From contig OZ250169.1 of NCBI GenBank assembly GCA_965237955.1, positions 7,936,001 to 8,000,000 of the forward strand: DNA of 64,000 nucleotides. Reading direction: 5' to 3'. The position numbers and the translations under genes were made by a program. Below are positions 21,780 through 32,914 of the stretch, piece after piece. The number at the start of each line of letters is the position of its first letter. Position 1 is the first letter of the stretch. Below the pieces are notes generated by a model. The model made no database searches. It was not told the DNA's origin and saw nothing but the letters and a program-made list of their open reading frames with translations. The stretch comes from Candidatus Marinacidobacterales bacterium. GTDB lineage: Bacteria; Acidobacteriota; Vicinamibacteria; Marinacidobacterales; SMYC01.

Positions 21780-22093
21780 CTAGGATATCTCGACTTCGAC
21801 GTCGTCCCCCTGCCGACTCGCACGTTGTAGGATGTCACTTCCGCTGGCGCGGGTGGCGTCAGGTTCTTGCCAGTGCAGACATCGAAGTTGGCTCCGTGCC
21901 ACGGACAGGTTACCGTACTGCCCTCGAGTGATCCCTCGGACAGAGGGCCTCCACGGTGCGTGCAGGTGTCCGTGATCGCGTAGCAGGTCCCATCTACGTT
22001 GAAAAGAGCAATCTTGTTTCCGGCGACCTCGATGGCCATACCCTGCCCGGGGGCAAGGTTCTTCATCTCTGCGACCTTGTGAAAGGTTCCCAT
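21780..22093 (-). pseudogene. Rieske-type ferredoxin, frameshift near the C-terminus
   Basis: CTH...CPWH motifs; tail GDDVEVEIS lies in another frame. Confidence 0.85.
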
Positions 22094-22729
22094 CGCGATA
22101 AGTCCTCCCCGACACGACGATTGTAAAGGCGCCTGCCCAGATAACTCGAGCGCGGGGTCGACGCGCTCATGTATCATGAACGCAAGAAAGTGGATCCGTT
22201 GGTGTGGGACCGCCGTCGTGGAGACGAAAAGCTCCGGTCCACGTTCCTTCCGAACCGCGTATCGACCATCGCCGTGGAGGATAAGGACCTCGCGGCTCAG
22301 TCCAAGCTCGTCCCGCTCCTCAAGGGCAAGGTCACCCGCGGAGGCCTGCCGACGGTCTACGTATCGAGAAGCGTGTCTGCAAGCTCCGCTCTCCAAAACC
22401 TGATCAAATCTGATCAGGCGCAGGTTCCTGCTTCACAGAGGATCGTTTCACTTCGGCTCACGCCGAAGCCAGAGCGTTCCTCTCCACAGGCTTGAGTTCC
22501 GGTGGAGCTCACCGTACGTTGATGTCGAGGATATGTCAAGAAGCTATAATCCAGTCAATTTGAACAGATAATATAGATATCAACAGATATTCTGCTAACA
22601 GCCCCACTTCCGATCCCGAAGGGTTGTAGCCCGACGAGTAAGCTGTGAGTCATGTCGACCCCAAGCTGAATCGGAGCCGAATACGGACTTTGTGGGGTCT
22701 CCTGGCCGTCGGCGGGGACGCTGGCCGTC

Positions 22730-24136
22730 GTGAGCTTCGCTGGCGTCTTCAGTTCGAAAGAGCGCCCGGAGAACCCGCTCGACGCCCCTCAACAAAGCAC
22801 TCGCTCCACCGACGATCGCGGTCTGCAATCGAGGAATATCCCGGCCAGCCCCGTTTCCGGCGCTAGTGAGGCCGATCGCTACTGGCCGCAATGGCGCGGG
22901 CCCTTGGGCACCGGCGTCGCCCCCCACGCCGATCCTCCAGTGGAATGGAGCGAGGAGAAGAACATCCGTTGGAAGATCGCGCTTCCTGGCAGCGGGCATT
23001 CGGCGCCAGTCGTCTGGGGCGATCGGGTTTTCCTCACGGCGGCCGTACCCTCCGGCGAGCCCGTGCCACCCCCCGCCGGTCGCCGTCCCGGCGCGCACGG
23101 CGATCTGCCGGTGGTGCGTCGCGAATCCTTCGTAGTGCTCGCCGTCGACCGCCGGGACGGCAAGATCCTCTGGCAGAAGACGGTGCGAGAAGCCATTCCG
23201 AACGAAGGCATTCACTACACCGGAAGCTATGCTTCGAGCTCTCCCGTCGTGGACGGGGAGCATCTCTTTGCCTTCTTCGGCTCGTACGGCCTCTACGCCC
23301 TCGATCTGGACGGCAAGATGTTATGGAAAGCCGATTTGGGCGACATGCATACCAAGCACGGGCACGGCGAGGGCAGCTCGCCCGCCCTCCACGGCGATAC
23401 TCTGATCGTCAACTGGGATCACGAAGGCCCGTCGTTTCTCGTCGCCTTCGACAAGCGAACCGGCAGGGAGCGCTGGAAGGTCGCGCGCGACGAGCCCACG
23501 TCGTGGGCCACCCCCGTCGTGGTGGATCACCGCGGTAAACACCAGGTCATCGTGAGCGGCACGAACCGGGTGCGTGGCTACGACCTGGCGAGCGGTAGGG
23601 TCATCTGGGAATGCGGCGGCCTTTCGGCCAACGTCGTCGCCTCGCCGGTGGCGGCGCAGGGTATGGTCTACGCTGGCAGCAGCTACGACACGCGGAACCT
23701 ACTGGCCATCCGTCTCGAAGGCGCCAGGGGCGACATTACCGGGACCGACCGGGTCGCCTGGACCCGACATCGAGGCACACCCTACGTGCCGTCACCCTTG
23801 CTCTACGGAGACGCGTTGTATTTCATCTATCACTACCAAGGCATCCTGACACGCTTGCACGCAACGACCGGCGAAGAGCGCCCAGGGCCCTTGCGGCTCG
23901 GCGGCCTCGGCAACGTCTATGCCTCGCCGGTGGGCGCCGCGGGACGCGTTTACATCACCGACCTCGACGGCGCGACACTGGTCATCACCCACGAGGATAA
24001 TCCCAAGGCGTTAGCACTCAACCTTCTCGAGGACCGCTTCAGCGCTTCCGCCGCCATCGCCAGCAACGAGCTGTTCTTGCGCGGAGATCAGTATCTCTAC
24101 AGTATCGCGGAAGGTACTGTCAAAGTGAGCTGGTGA
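22730..24136 (+). CDS. PQQ-binding-like beta-propeller (BamB-like) protein
   Basis: WPQWRGP, GHSAPVVWGDRVF, SWATP, YVPSP; last codons come from an IS6 stub. Confidence 0.88.
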   Translation: MSFAGVFSSKERPENPLDAPQQSTRSTDDRGLQSRNIPASPVSGASEADRYWPQWRGPLGTGVAPHADPPVEWSEEKNIRWKIALPGSGHSAPVVWGDRVFLTAAVPSGEPVPPPAGRRPGAHGDLPVVRRESFVVLAVDRRDGKILWQKTVREAIPNEGIHYTGSYASSSPVVDGEHLFAFFGSYGLYALDLDGKMLWKADLGDMHTKHGHGEGSSPALHGDTLIVNWDHEGPSFLVAFDKRTGRERWKVARDEPTSWATPVVVDHRGKHQVIVSGTNRVRGYDLASGRVIWECGGLSANVVASPVAAQGMVYAGSSYDTRNLLAIRLEGARGDITGTDRVAWTRHRGTPYVPSPLLYGDALYFIYHYQGILTRLHATTGEERPGPLRLGGLGNVYASPVGAAGRVYITDLDGATLVITHEDNPKALALNLLEDRFSASAAIASNELFLRGDQYLYSIAEGTVKVSW

Positions 24137-24330
24137 CTGACATCCACCGATGTTCCGGGTTCGGGTGGCGTTGTTGCACGGCCCGGAGCTCGCCCCGCAG
24201 TCGATTTGAGCCAGCCGTGCGCACCCCCGGTGGGCCTGTCGCTCGCCACCCGATTTTCAGCCAAGGGTCGTAAGTCAGCCCTGCGGCGCGAAATACCCTC
24301 GATTCTGCGCGGATTCCAAGGGCGTCTAGC
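24113..24330. mobile_element. Stack of stubs: IS6 end (24113-24140), main IS5 end (24167-24189), inverted end of the DUF2924 element (24190-24330)
   Basis: Matches to 4081-4052, to the IS5 IR and to 7301-7438. Confidence 0.85.
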
Positions 24331-24679
24331 ACGTTCTGGTCCAGGTGGGCCTGGGCCTCCTTGGTGTCCTTACTTGCCTCGGATTCCGTCTCAGGATCAG
24401 GGTCCGGCAATGCTTGAGAGGGTCCGCGCACCCTCCATCGTCAGCCAGCTCGGGAGCCCGAGCCCTGTGCCTTCTATTTATTCATCCGCGTGATGGAGAT
24501 CACGGATATACTCAGCCAGAACGTGCCCTTGGAGGACGTGCAGTATCTAGCCGGACACTCCAACCCCTCGGGCCACACAGATTTATGACAGGCGTAGACA
24601 GCACGTCACTCGCAACATCGTGGAGCGTGTCTCGATATGAAAGAAGGACCAAGGAAGAGAGACATCCTTTCGAGGCCTG

Positions 24680-24845
24680 CTAGTCCCCTGGAACAGAGGT
24701 TCATAGCCTAAATCTCGGGCCCTTTTTGCGCGCTGGCTTCGTTGTTCCTCCTCGAAATATTCCAATATGACTTCGTCGTCACGCCTCGCCAGCCCACAAA
24801 ATGGCGTCGAGCTTTAGGCCACGAACCTCTGTTCCAGGGGACTAG
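24680..24845. mobile_element. IS630-derived MITE, 166 bp
   Basis: IR ctagtcccctggaacagaggttc / gaacctctgttccaggggactag; same end as the IS630 at 51821. Confidence 0.9.
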
Positions 24846-24918
24846 CAAGAAAGCCGCTGCACGGCCTCGTTCGGCTCCCCGCAATGAACCCAAGCCGGTG
24901 CCGGTTCCTCTGCCCGAA

Positions 24919-25356
24919 GATGTCCGCCACCAGCGGGCGGGTGAAACGACGGAACATTCCGCGCATCTCGAAAAACTCAAACAACTCTTCGAGGCGGCTC
25001 CGATCAGCCGCTACCTGGGCATGACACTCAGCTATTGCGAGAACGGCGTGGCGCGCGTGCGTTTGCCGTTTCGGGCCGAGTTCGAAGAAAGGCATGGCGT
25101 CATCCACGGGGGTCTCATCGGTCTGCTGGCGGACACGGCGGGTAACTTCGCGGTGGGTTCGGTCTCGCCGGGCTCCACGGTCAAGACGGTGGAGTTCAAG
25201 ATGAGCTTGCTGGCGGGAGTCCAGGAAGACCTGCTCGCCATCGGAGAGGTCGTCCGCAAGGGACGCACGCTCGCCACCTGCCGGCTCGAGGTCGTTGGGG
25301 GCAACGACCATGTGGTGGCCATCGGGCTGGCCACTTATGCCCTCCAGGCTGTTTAG
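24919..25356 (+). CDS. PaaI-family thioesterase; start uncertain
   Basis: GVIHGGLIGLLADTAG, VKTVEFKM, GEVVRKGRT. Confidence 0.8.
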   Translation, partial: DVRHQRAGETTEHSAHLEKLKQLFEAAPISRYLGMTLSYCENGVARVRLPFRAEFEERHGVIHGGLIGLLADTAGNFAVGSVSPGSTVKTVEFKMSLLAGVQEDLLAIGEVVRKGRTLATCRLEVVGGNDHVVAIGLATYALQAV

Positions 25357-25387
25357 CCATCTGCACCTGCTTGTTGCAGCCCAGGCG

Positions 25388-25421
25388 GGTCTTGAGTTCG
25401 TTTGTGTTTTTGGACACGACG
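25388..25421. repeat. 34-bp micro-element, copy 2
   Basis: Identical to 9239-9272. Confidence 0.9.
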
Positions 25422-26057
25422 CGCTCGAAATTCATCCGCCTCGAAAGGTCGCGAAACAGAGCGTGAGTGTTCCGGTAGCTTCGCCTTCCCGTCACCGTCG
25501 ATGGCCAGAGCCGAGACCAGACCTCGATTGTAACGAAGACCCAACTCGGTGTCTTCTTGTTGCTCACGAACGTGCGAATCTCGTCGGCTTGAAGCTCTTT
25601 GGCAGCGAAGCCAGCGATCCTTCTGTGATTGAATCGACGATACACTTGGGCTGCCTTCTCGAGCCAGCGGGCGACGGTGTTCCAGGCAATCCCTTTGATC
25701 CGGGAAATCGAGGAAATGCTGACACCCTCGACTCTGAGAGCGATGACTACATCGAAAGTAGCTCTTCGATGTTGGAGACGGTAGTAGGGCGTGCCTTTCG
25801 TCGAAGAGAACGTCTTTCCGCACTCGCCGCACCGGTATCGACGGCGTTTCCCGGACCTCGTTCTGTAGAATCCGTTGTGAATAATGCTTCTGGAACCGAC
25901 TGTTCCATACGACGGACATGCGGGATTGAGACATCTGCTATTCTTCACTTCGGCTCGGCCCTGACGATGAGAGAACTGTGTCTTCAGAATTCTGGTTCAA
26001 ACTCTAGCCCGCGAGCGGGTTACGCGGTGGCTACCAACACTTGATGGCGGAGGCACC
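25422..26057 (-). mobile_element. IS1-like element, 3'-truncated; transposase starts at 25948
   Basis: Zinc ribbon, HTH and ELQADEIRTFV; end atggcggaggcacc. Confidence 0.85.
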
Positions 26058-26264
26058 AAATGGAGCGTAATCGCCTCTTTTGTAAAGGGATGCGTACAAC
26101 ATTACCAACAGTAAATAGCGCAAGCGCTCCTGGCTCTCAGCAGCCGTCGGCAAGTCCGCGCTGGGTTCGGAGCACACCTTCTATGTCAAAGGGCCTCAAA
26201 GGCGCAAATCTTCCCCCGTGGCCAAAGTGTGCGCGGCAGCAGAGTCTGGAGTGCCTCAAGGAAG

Positions 26265-27629
26265 ATGAGAAAACCCATGGAACCGCCTAGCGTGCCTTCC
26301 GAAGCAGCTGGCAGCGAACCGACGCTCCAGCGCAGCATCGGATTGTGGCAGATGACGCTCTACGGTGCCGGCAGCATGCTGGGTGCTGGCATCTACGGCC
26401 TGATCGGACAGGTCGCTGCCGAGATGGGTTCCGCGATTTGGTTGGCCTTTGCGCTATCGCTGGTTGCGGCGGGGCTGACGGGTCTGTCGTACGCCTCACT
26501 CGGCTCACGCTACCCGCGGGCAGGGGGCGCCGCCTATATCACCCAGCGCGCCTATCGCCACAGCCTGCTGACCCATGTTGTCGGCCTCACAGTGGCGTGC
26601 TCGGGCTTCACATCGATCGCCGCCGGTGCACGCGTCGTGGGCGAAAATCTGCAAGCCCTGCCTATTCTCGAAGGCGTGCCCGTAGGCATGCTGGCGTTTA
26701 TCTATCTTGTCATCGTGGGTACCCTCGTCTATCGCGGTATCCGAGAGTCGATGTGGGCCAACGTTGCCTTCACGTTGGTGGAAGCGGCGGGCCTGCTGAT
26801 CGTGATCGCAGTTGGTTTGCGCTTCTGGGGTTCAGCAAATTTGATGCAATTCCCAGTCGGTTCGGAAACCGAGGCCGGCCTCCCCTTTATATTTCTGGTG
26901 CAGGGAGTCGTCCTCACTTTCTATTCCTTCCTCGGATTCGAGGACTCGATCAACATTGCTGAGGAATTGAAGAATCCGCGGCGCGACCTCCCATTCGGCC
27001 TGCTGATGGCATTGGTGCTGACTGTCATTCTTTATATGAGCGTGGCGGTCACCGCTGTCTCGGTGGTTCCGTGGCAGGAATTGGCCGAAGCCAAGGCACC
27101 GCTGGCCGAAGTCATGGAGCGCGCCGCACCCTGGTTTCCGGCTTGGGTGTTCATCGCCATTACTATATTCGCGGTGGCCAATACCGGTCTGATCAACTAC
27201 ATCACCGCCTCGCGTCTACTATACGGCATGGCGCGCGACAGGCACCTTCCGCGCGCGCTCTCGATCATCCATCCGTTGCGGCGTACGCCCCATGTTGCTA
27301 TCGGGCTGATCTTCGTGTTGATCGTGCTTTTGATTCTGTCGGGCGACATTTCGGCACTGGCCTCGGCCACGGTGTTGTTGTTGCTGCTGGTGTTTTCGGT
27401 GATAAACAGTGCACTTGTCATTTTGAAGCTGCGGCCCGGTGAACCACGAGGTGCGTTCGAACTTCCCATCGCGGTGCCTATGCTTGGTGCTGTGGCCTGT
27501 TTCATGATGTTCGTAGCGCGTGCCGGGGCTGGCGACTGGCGCGCGCCAACGATTGCTGGTGTTCTATTGCTGGGTATAGCCGCGCTCCATCACTGGATCC
27601 GGCCGCAGCCCGTTATGGGCGAGGAGTAG
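26265..27629 (+). CDS. APC-family amino acid permease
   Basis: GSMLGAGIY, YPRAGG, FLGFE, about 12 hydrophobic segments. Confidence 0.92.
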   Translation: MRKPMEPPSVPSEAAGSEPTLQRSIGLWQMTLYGAGSMLGAGIYGLIGQVAAEMGSAIWLAFALSLVAAGLTGLSYASLGSRYPRAGGAAYITQRAYRHSLLTHVVGLTVACSGFTSIAAGARVVGENLQALPILEGVPVGMLAFIYLVIVGTLVYRGIRESMWANVAFTLVEAAGLLIVIAVGLRFWGSANLMQFPVGSETEAGLPFIFLVQGVVLTFYSFLGFEDSINIAEELKNPRRDLPFGLLMALVLTVILYMSVAVTAVSVVPWQELAEAKAPLAEVMERAAPWFPAWVFIAITIFAVANTGLINYITASRLLYGMARDRHLPRALSIIHPLRRTPHVAIGLIFVLIVLLILSGDISALASATVLLLLLVFSVINSALVILKLRPGEPRGAFELPIAVPMLGAVACFMMFVARAGAGDWRAPTIAGVLLLGIAALHHWIRPQPVMGEE

Positions 27630-27731
27630 GGCTGGAGTCGTTCGACCCAAGAAAGCTGAGGAATTTGTAAATCACTAGCCAGTGTGATGACGATCATCAG
27701 ACGGCCCCGATCTGGCTCCCTGCGGCGCAAG

Positions 27732-27765
27732 GGTCTTGAGTTCGTTTGTGTTTTTGGACACGACG
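27732..27765. repeat. 34-bp micro-element, copy 3
   Basis: Identical to 9239-9272. Confidence 0.9.
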
Positions 27766-29869
27766 GGCAAGGCCGTCCGCCCTGGCAGCTGGTCACCGAC
27801 AAACTGAGAGGCTACAGCGCCGCTCACCGCGAGGTCATGCCGTCCGTCGTCCACGACACTGACCAGTACAGAAACAACCTAGCCGAAGTCTCGCACGAGC
27901 CGACGCGACAACGGGAACGACAGATGCGGAAGTTTAAGACTCCGGGACAGGCGCAACGATTCTTGACCGTGCATGGACTCGTGCAAAACCTCTTTCGCGT
28001 CGGCCCTCTGTGCCAACCTCCTTGAGACACTTCGCCCCTTGAAATTAGTGTAGAGGGCGGAGGAGGATCATGAATGACTACGTTGATTGAGAGAATGACC
28101 CCGGCGGGATCGGAAGGAGCCCGTAGGGCGACTGCAGATCGCGCCGGCCGCGATGCGGCAGGGGTCCCGGATCCCGAAGTGAGTGAGCAAGCGAAGCGTC
28201 GACGCTTTACCGCAGAGTACAAGCTGCGGATAGTGCGCGAGGCCGATGCTTGCAAGGGTGACGGGGATGTTGCGGCTCTTCTGCGTCGAGAGGGACTGTA
28301 CTCGTCGCATCTTTCGAGTTGGCGTCGCCAACGTGACAAGATTGCCAAGGCGGGGTTGACATCGAGGAAGCGAGGACGGAAGGCGAAGGCAGAGGATCCA
28401 CGGGTCAAGGAGCTCGAGCGCGAGAACGCGCGATTGAAGCATCGCCTGGCTCGGGTGGAGACGATGCTAGAGATCCAAAAAAAAACCTCCGAACTTCTGG
28501 GGATCCCCCTGAATCCACCAGACAGCGACGAGAACGATTGATGGTGGCGGCCGAGGAGCTGGCGGGACGAATTGGACAGACGGCGGAAGCCTGCGAGGCC
28601 CTTGGAATAGCTCGCTCCACGTTGTATCGCAGGCGCCAGACGGTAACGTCCAATGCGAAACGCCGCCCTCGGTCGCACCGAGCCCTCGATGTGACCGAAC
28701 GTGAGCTGGTTCTCGGTGCCTTGCACTCCGAGCGGTTCGTCGACAAGGCGCCCGCTCAGGTGTGGGCCACGCTCCTGGACGAGGGAATCTACTACTGCTC
28801 GATCCGCACGATGTATCGGATTCTGGCGGAGAACGGAGAGGTCCGAGAGCGCCGGAACCAGCTGCGACATCCGAATTATCAAAAGCCGGAGCTGCTGGCC
28901 GAAGCGCCGAACCAGGTTTGGTCGTGGGATATCACCAAGCTGCGTGGCCCCGTCAAGTGGACCTACTACTACCTCTACGTGATTCTGGACATCTTCTCCC
29001 GTTACGTGACCGGGTGGATGTTGGCTCGACGAGAAAGCGCTGAGCTCGCTCGTCGTCTCATCAGCGAGAGCTGCCGCAAACAGAACATCGAACCAGACCA
29101 GCTCACCATCCACGCCGACCGTGGCAGCTCGATGCGAAGCAAGTCCGTAGCTATGCTCCTGGCTGACCTCGGCGTTACCAAGACCCACTCCAGACCTTAC
29201 GTCTCGAACGATAACCCCTACTCCGAGTCCCAGTTCAAGACTCTGAAGTATTGCCCTCAGTTTCCGAGCCGTTTTGGTTCCATCGAAGACGGCCGGCTGT
29301 TCTGCGGCGGCTTCCTCGACTACTACAATCACGAACGCCGGCACTCGGGAATCGGCCTCATGACACCGGCCGCCGTTCACGATGGTCTCGCGGAACAGCT
29401 CACCACTGCCCGGCGCCAAATCCTCCTCGAAGCTCATCGGGCTCATCCCGAACGCTTCGTTCGCGGAATGCCACAGCCCCCCGTTTTGCCTCCTCAGGCC
29501 TGGATCAACCCGCCGCCGGAGAAAACGACGCGCCAGGAGGCCGCCGGAGCCACTTTCTCGAGGTGGTCCACACCTGGGGCCCCCGGATTCAGGCCAACGC
29601 GACCAGATCTCGCCGCACGCAGACGGTGACCGCCCCGGGCCCACGAGTCTTACTGCATTGATTGAGGCTCACTAAATGCAGTCCGCGGGTGTCTCAAAGT
29701 TGTTGACACGTTCCGCGGACGGCATTTGTTGCAAGCGCGTCATCATCGGGAGCTACGAGACCGCGCTTTCATCGTCTGGCACGAGGTAACGTGTGCCGCA
29801 TGACGAGAGAGCAAAGGAAGTCAGCTCGACGCGATAGGTTCGCTCGCTCAACGTCAACTTGACAATACC
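27766..29869 (+). mobile_element. IS6 3' half interrupted by an IS3-family element
   Basis: 27766-28003 and 29716-29869 match the IS6 at 3276-4081. Confidence 0.9.
28004..29715 (+). mobile_element. IS3-family element; OrfA 28074-28541, OrfB 28538-29629; CGG target duplication
   Basis: PNQVWSWDIT, IHADRGS, DNPYSES; sub-terminal IR tgtgccaacctccttgagacac / gtgtctcaaagttgttgacacg. Confidence 0.93.
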
Positions 29870-30809
29870 GAAAAAACTGATCGCCGAAATGGCGGTCGCG
29901 AACATCACGTGGGGCGAAGAGAGGATCGCCCACGAGCTCCTCGTCAAGCTTGGCATCCGCGTCTCGCCGCGCACCGTTCGGAAGTACATACCTATTCGAG
30001 ATGACGGCGGCCCGGACCGGCGCAATGCGTCGCATCGCTGGGCGACATTCGTGCGGAATCACGCAAAAGCGGTCGTCGCTGCGGATTTTTTCAACGTAGT
30101 CACCGTCAGCTTTCGCGTGCTTTACGTTTTCGTCGTCATGGAAATCGGCACACGCAAGATTCTTCACTTCAACGTGACGGCGCATCCGACTGCGGAGTGG
30201 ACGCTGCAACAGTTCCGGGAGGCGGTTGTGTGCGAGCACGACTATCGATTCGTCATCGTGGACCGCGATGGCAAGTTCTCGGCAGACCTCCGCCGCTCCC
30301 TCCGGGGGATGGGTGTGCGACCGTTGAGGACGCCGCGAAGAGCACCTCAAGCGAATGCCTACTGTGAGAGACTCATCGGCACCACACGCCGGGAGTGCTT
30401 GGATTTTCTGATACCGCTGTCGGAGGAACATCTTCGCCGACTCTTGACCGAATGGCGTGATTACTACAATCGGGCGAGACCACATTCATCGCTCGGCCCA
30501 GGCCTTCCCACCCCCTCTGTCGAGCTTCCGATGAAACCGGACCAGCACCGACATCAATTACCCGACCAGCGCGCCGTCGCCTCGAGGCCGGTCCTTGGTG
30601 GGCTCCATCACGATTACCGGTTGTCACGCGTTGCCTGACTGACCTAGCTTCTCGCGGCGAACAACGCGTTCTTTCTCGAGCACGTTATTGCGTCGGTGGC
30701 CTAGCGGCGACAGCGTGCAGAATTTCCACCGCGTCGAAGACGAGTTCGCAGAACGTCGCTCTCATGGCTGTCTGCCCGTCAATACGCGATCTTCTTTTTG
30801 CGGATCACA
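29870..30809 (+). mobile_element. rve-integrase (IS481-like) element, 5'-truncated; ORF ends 30638; right end tttttgcggatcaca
   Basis: AADFF, DRDGKF, ANAYCERLIGTTRRECLD, YYNRARPHSSL, LGGLHHDY. Confidence 0.88.
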
Positions 30810-30917
30810 GGGGGCTGGAAACGGACTTACGGTGTGGCTAGTGAGGCACTCCCAGAGGAAACGGGGAGCAACAGATAGGCCACGCCTTCGGGGTACCGCG
30901 CCAGCCCTCGACCCTAC
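30810..30917 (+). ncRNA. Group II intron 3' remnant (domain VI and 3' splice end)
   Basis: gggctggaaacg...gaaacggggagcaacagataggc...ccagccctcgaccctac; related copy at 60469-60541. Confidence 0.7.
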
Positions 30918-30938
30918 CGGGCACGTTTCTCACCGCCC

Positions 30939-31103
30939 GGTGCTTCCGCTACTTGCTGTTGGTAATGTGTACGCATCCCTTTGCAAAAAGGCGCTTTACG
31001 CTCCTTTAGCACGCAGCGAAGGTCGTGAGCGCTATTTGGGCTGTAATTTAATGCATCGTAAAGTCTTAGCGTCATTGCACCAACACTTAACGGCGAAAGC
31101 ACC
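30939..31103. mobile_element. MITE with IS1-like ends; partial relative at 26058-26130
   Basis: ggtgcttccgcta ... ttaacggcgaaagcacc. Confidence 0.7.
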
Positions 31104-31143
31104 GGACACGACGCCGTACGAACGACGAGACCTCTCCGCTACG

Positions 31144-32914
31144 TTACTCGGACCCCAGCGCAGTGCGAGGCTCGAGGTGGCTCGCTCGCCTCGCAGGTAC
31201 ATAGCACGCCACCGCCGCCACCACCAGCAGCAGCAAGGCGATGCTCGAAATCAACGCCATAGGATCCCAAGGGGTGATGCCGAAAAGATAGGCCTCAATG
31301 AACCTTGCTCCACCAAGTGAGGCCAAAAGGCCAAGTGCAGCGCCGATTACCACGGGACTCAATCCCTCACGCAGGACGAGTCCCAAAACGGTACGGCTTT
31401 CTGCGCCGAGTGCCATTCTAAGTCCGATCTCGTGCGTTCGCCGCGTCACGGCAAAGGAGGTTACGATGTAAACTCCAACTGCAGCCAGCCCAAGGGCCAG
31501 GAGTCCAAAAAGGCTTAGAAGAGCTGCGCCAACACGCTGCTGCGATAGCGCGTTCGACAGTTGCGCATTAAGGGTCTTTACATTGAAGACGGGTAGATTA
31601 CTGTCGACGTTGTTGAACACACTGACAACAGAAGGCAGAGAAGAAAAAGGGTCGCCTGCCACGTGCACAAATAGGGACATTTCCGGGAAGTAGCGCTGAA
31701 ATAGAGGGTAATAGATTCGCGTGTGTGGTTCTGCCCAGGGCGATCGGTGCGTATTCTGGGCGACGCCAACGATCTCAACCGTCGTAATCCCGGAACCCCG
31801 AGACACTCTCATACGGTGCCCTACGGGGCTCGTATTCGGCCAATATTGACGAGCCATCGTTTCGTTAATGATAACTACCTCTTGTGAGTTCTCATCGTCA
31901 CCATCAACGAAATCACGTCCCTCTGTGATAGTTATCCCTAGAGTTCGCATGTAGGCTGGGCTCACAATATCACTCTCTGTGACGATCCAATCCGAATCGT
32001 CCACGCTAGTTCTGTCATCCGGAACGAACCGGGAAACGAGACTCCTTCCCGACAGCGGAACAACGCCGCCCCATGTCGCTGAAAGGACATTCGGAAGTGA
32101 GCGCACACGCTCGAGGACCTCGCGATAAAAGACCAACGCTCTCATCTTGTCGTATCGTGCCGACATCAAGTTGAAATCTACAGACAAAATCAGCACCTTG
32201 GCCGTGCGAAATCCGTAGTCTACCCCGTACGCCTTTTCTAGCGTCCTACCGAAGAGACTGGCGCCGCTTAGTAAGCCCACGCACAGCGCTACTTGAGACA
32301 TCAACAGAAGACTCTGGACCCGCGAACGGGAGGGGCCAGCACTGGAGCGAGGGCCGTCCCCATGGAGATTCGTTGTTAGGTAGCGTTGCGAGCCAACCAG
32401 TACCGTGCCTAACCCAAATAACAGAGCGGTCACGAAGGTCAGCATAGAGGCAAACCCGATAACGCGGCGATCGAGCTGTAGTTCGAAATGCACTGGCATG
32501 CCAGAGAGGTCGAAAGGCTGTTCCGCCCAAGAAAACAATGGGAGTATCTCCAAGAGGCCCATCACCCATGTAGCAATCGGAACGCTAATAAGCAAGCCTA
32601 GAGCATAGAGAAACAGGCTCTCCGTGAACAACAGGCGAACGATTTTCGTCCGGCTGGACCCTAGGGCGTATCGGACGGTTAACTCCGTTTGTCTTCGGAG
32701 GGTTCGAATGGACTGCAGGGTCGCAACATTTGAGCACGCGATGAACGATACCAGAAGAGCGATTCCGAAAAGGATCGCCCCGTAGGACATCACCGGTGCT
32801 CTGTCGTCTGGCCGTAGGCGATCCTCCGACAACGGGCGCATTTGAATGCTCCACCCCTGATTCGTCTGCGGATATGCAAGTGCGAGCTGTTTTGCGTGCG
32901 TTTCCACCGCAACT
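31144..32914 (-). pseudogene. ADOP/MacB-FtsX duplicated ABC permease, 5'-truncated
   Basis: IACSNVA, VRYALGSSR, SFAVTRRTHEIGLRMALGA, ACYVPARRA. Confidence 0.9.

Noticed and set aside
9239-27765. 34-bp repeats as a CRISPR array
   Set aside because: The copies are kilobases apart, with no spacers and no cas genes
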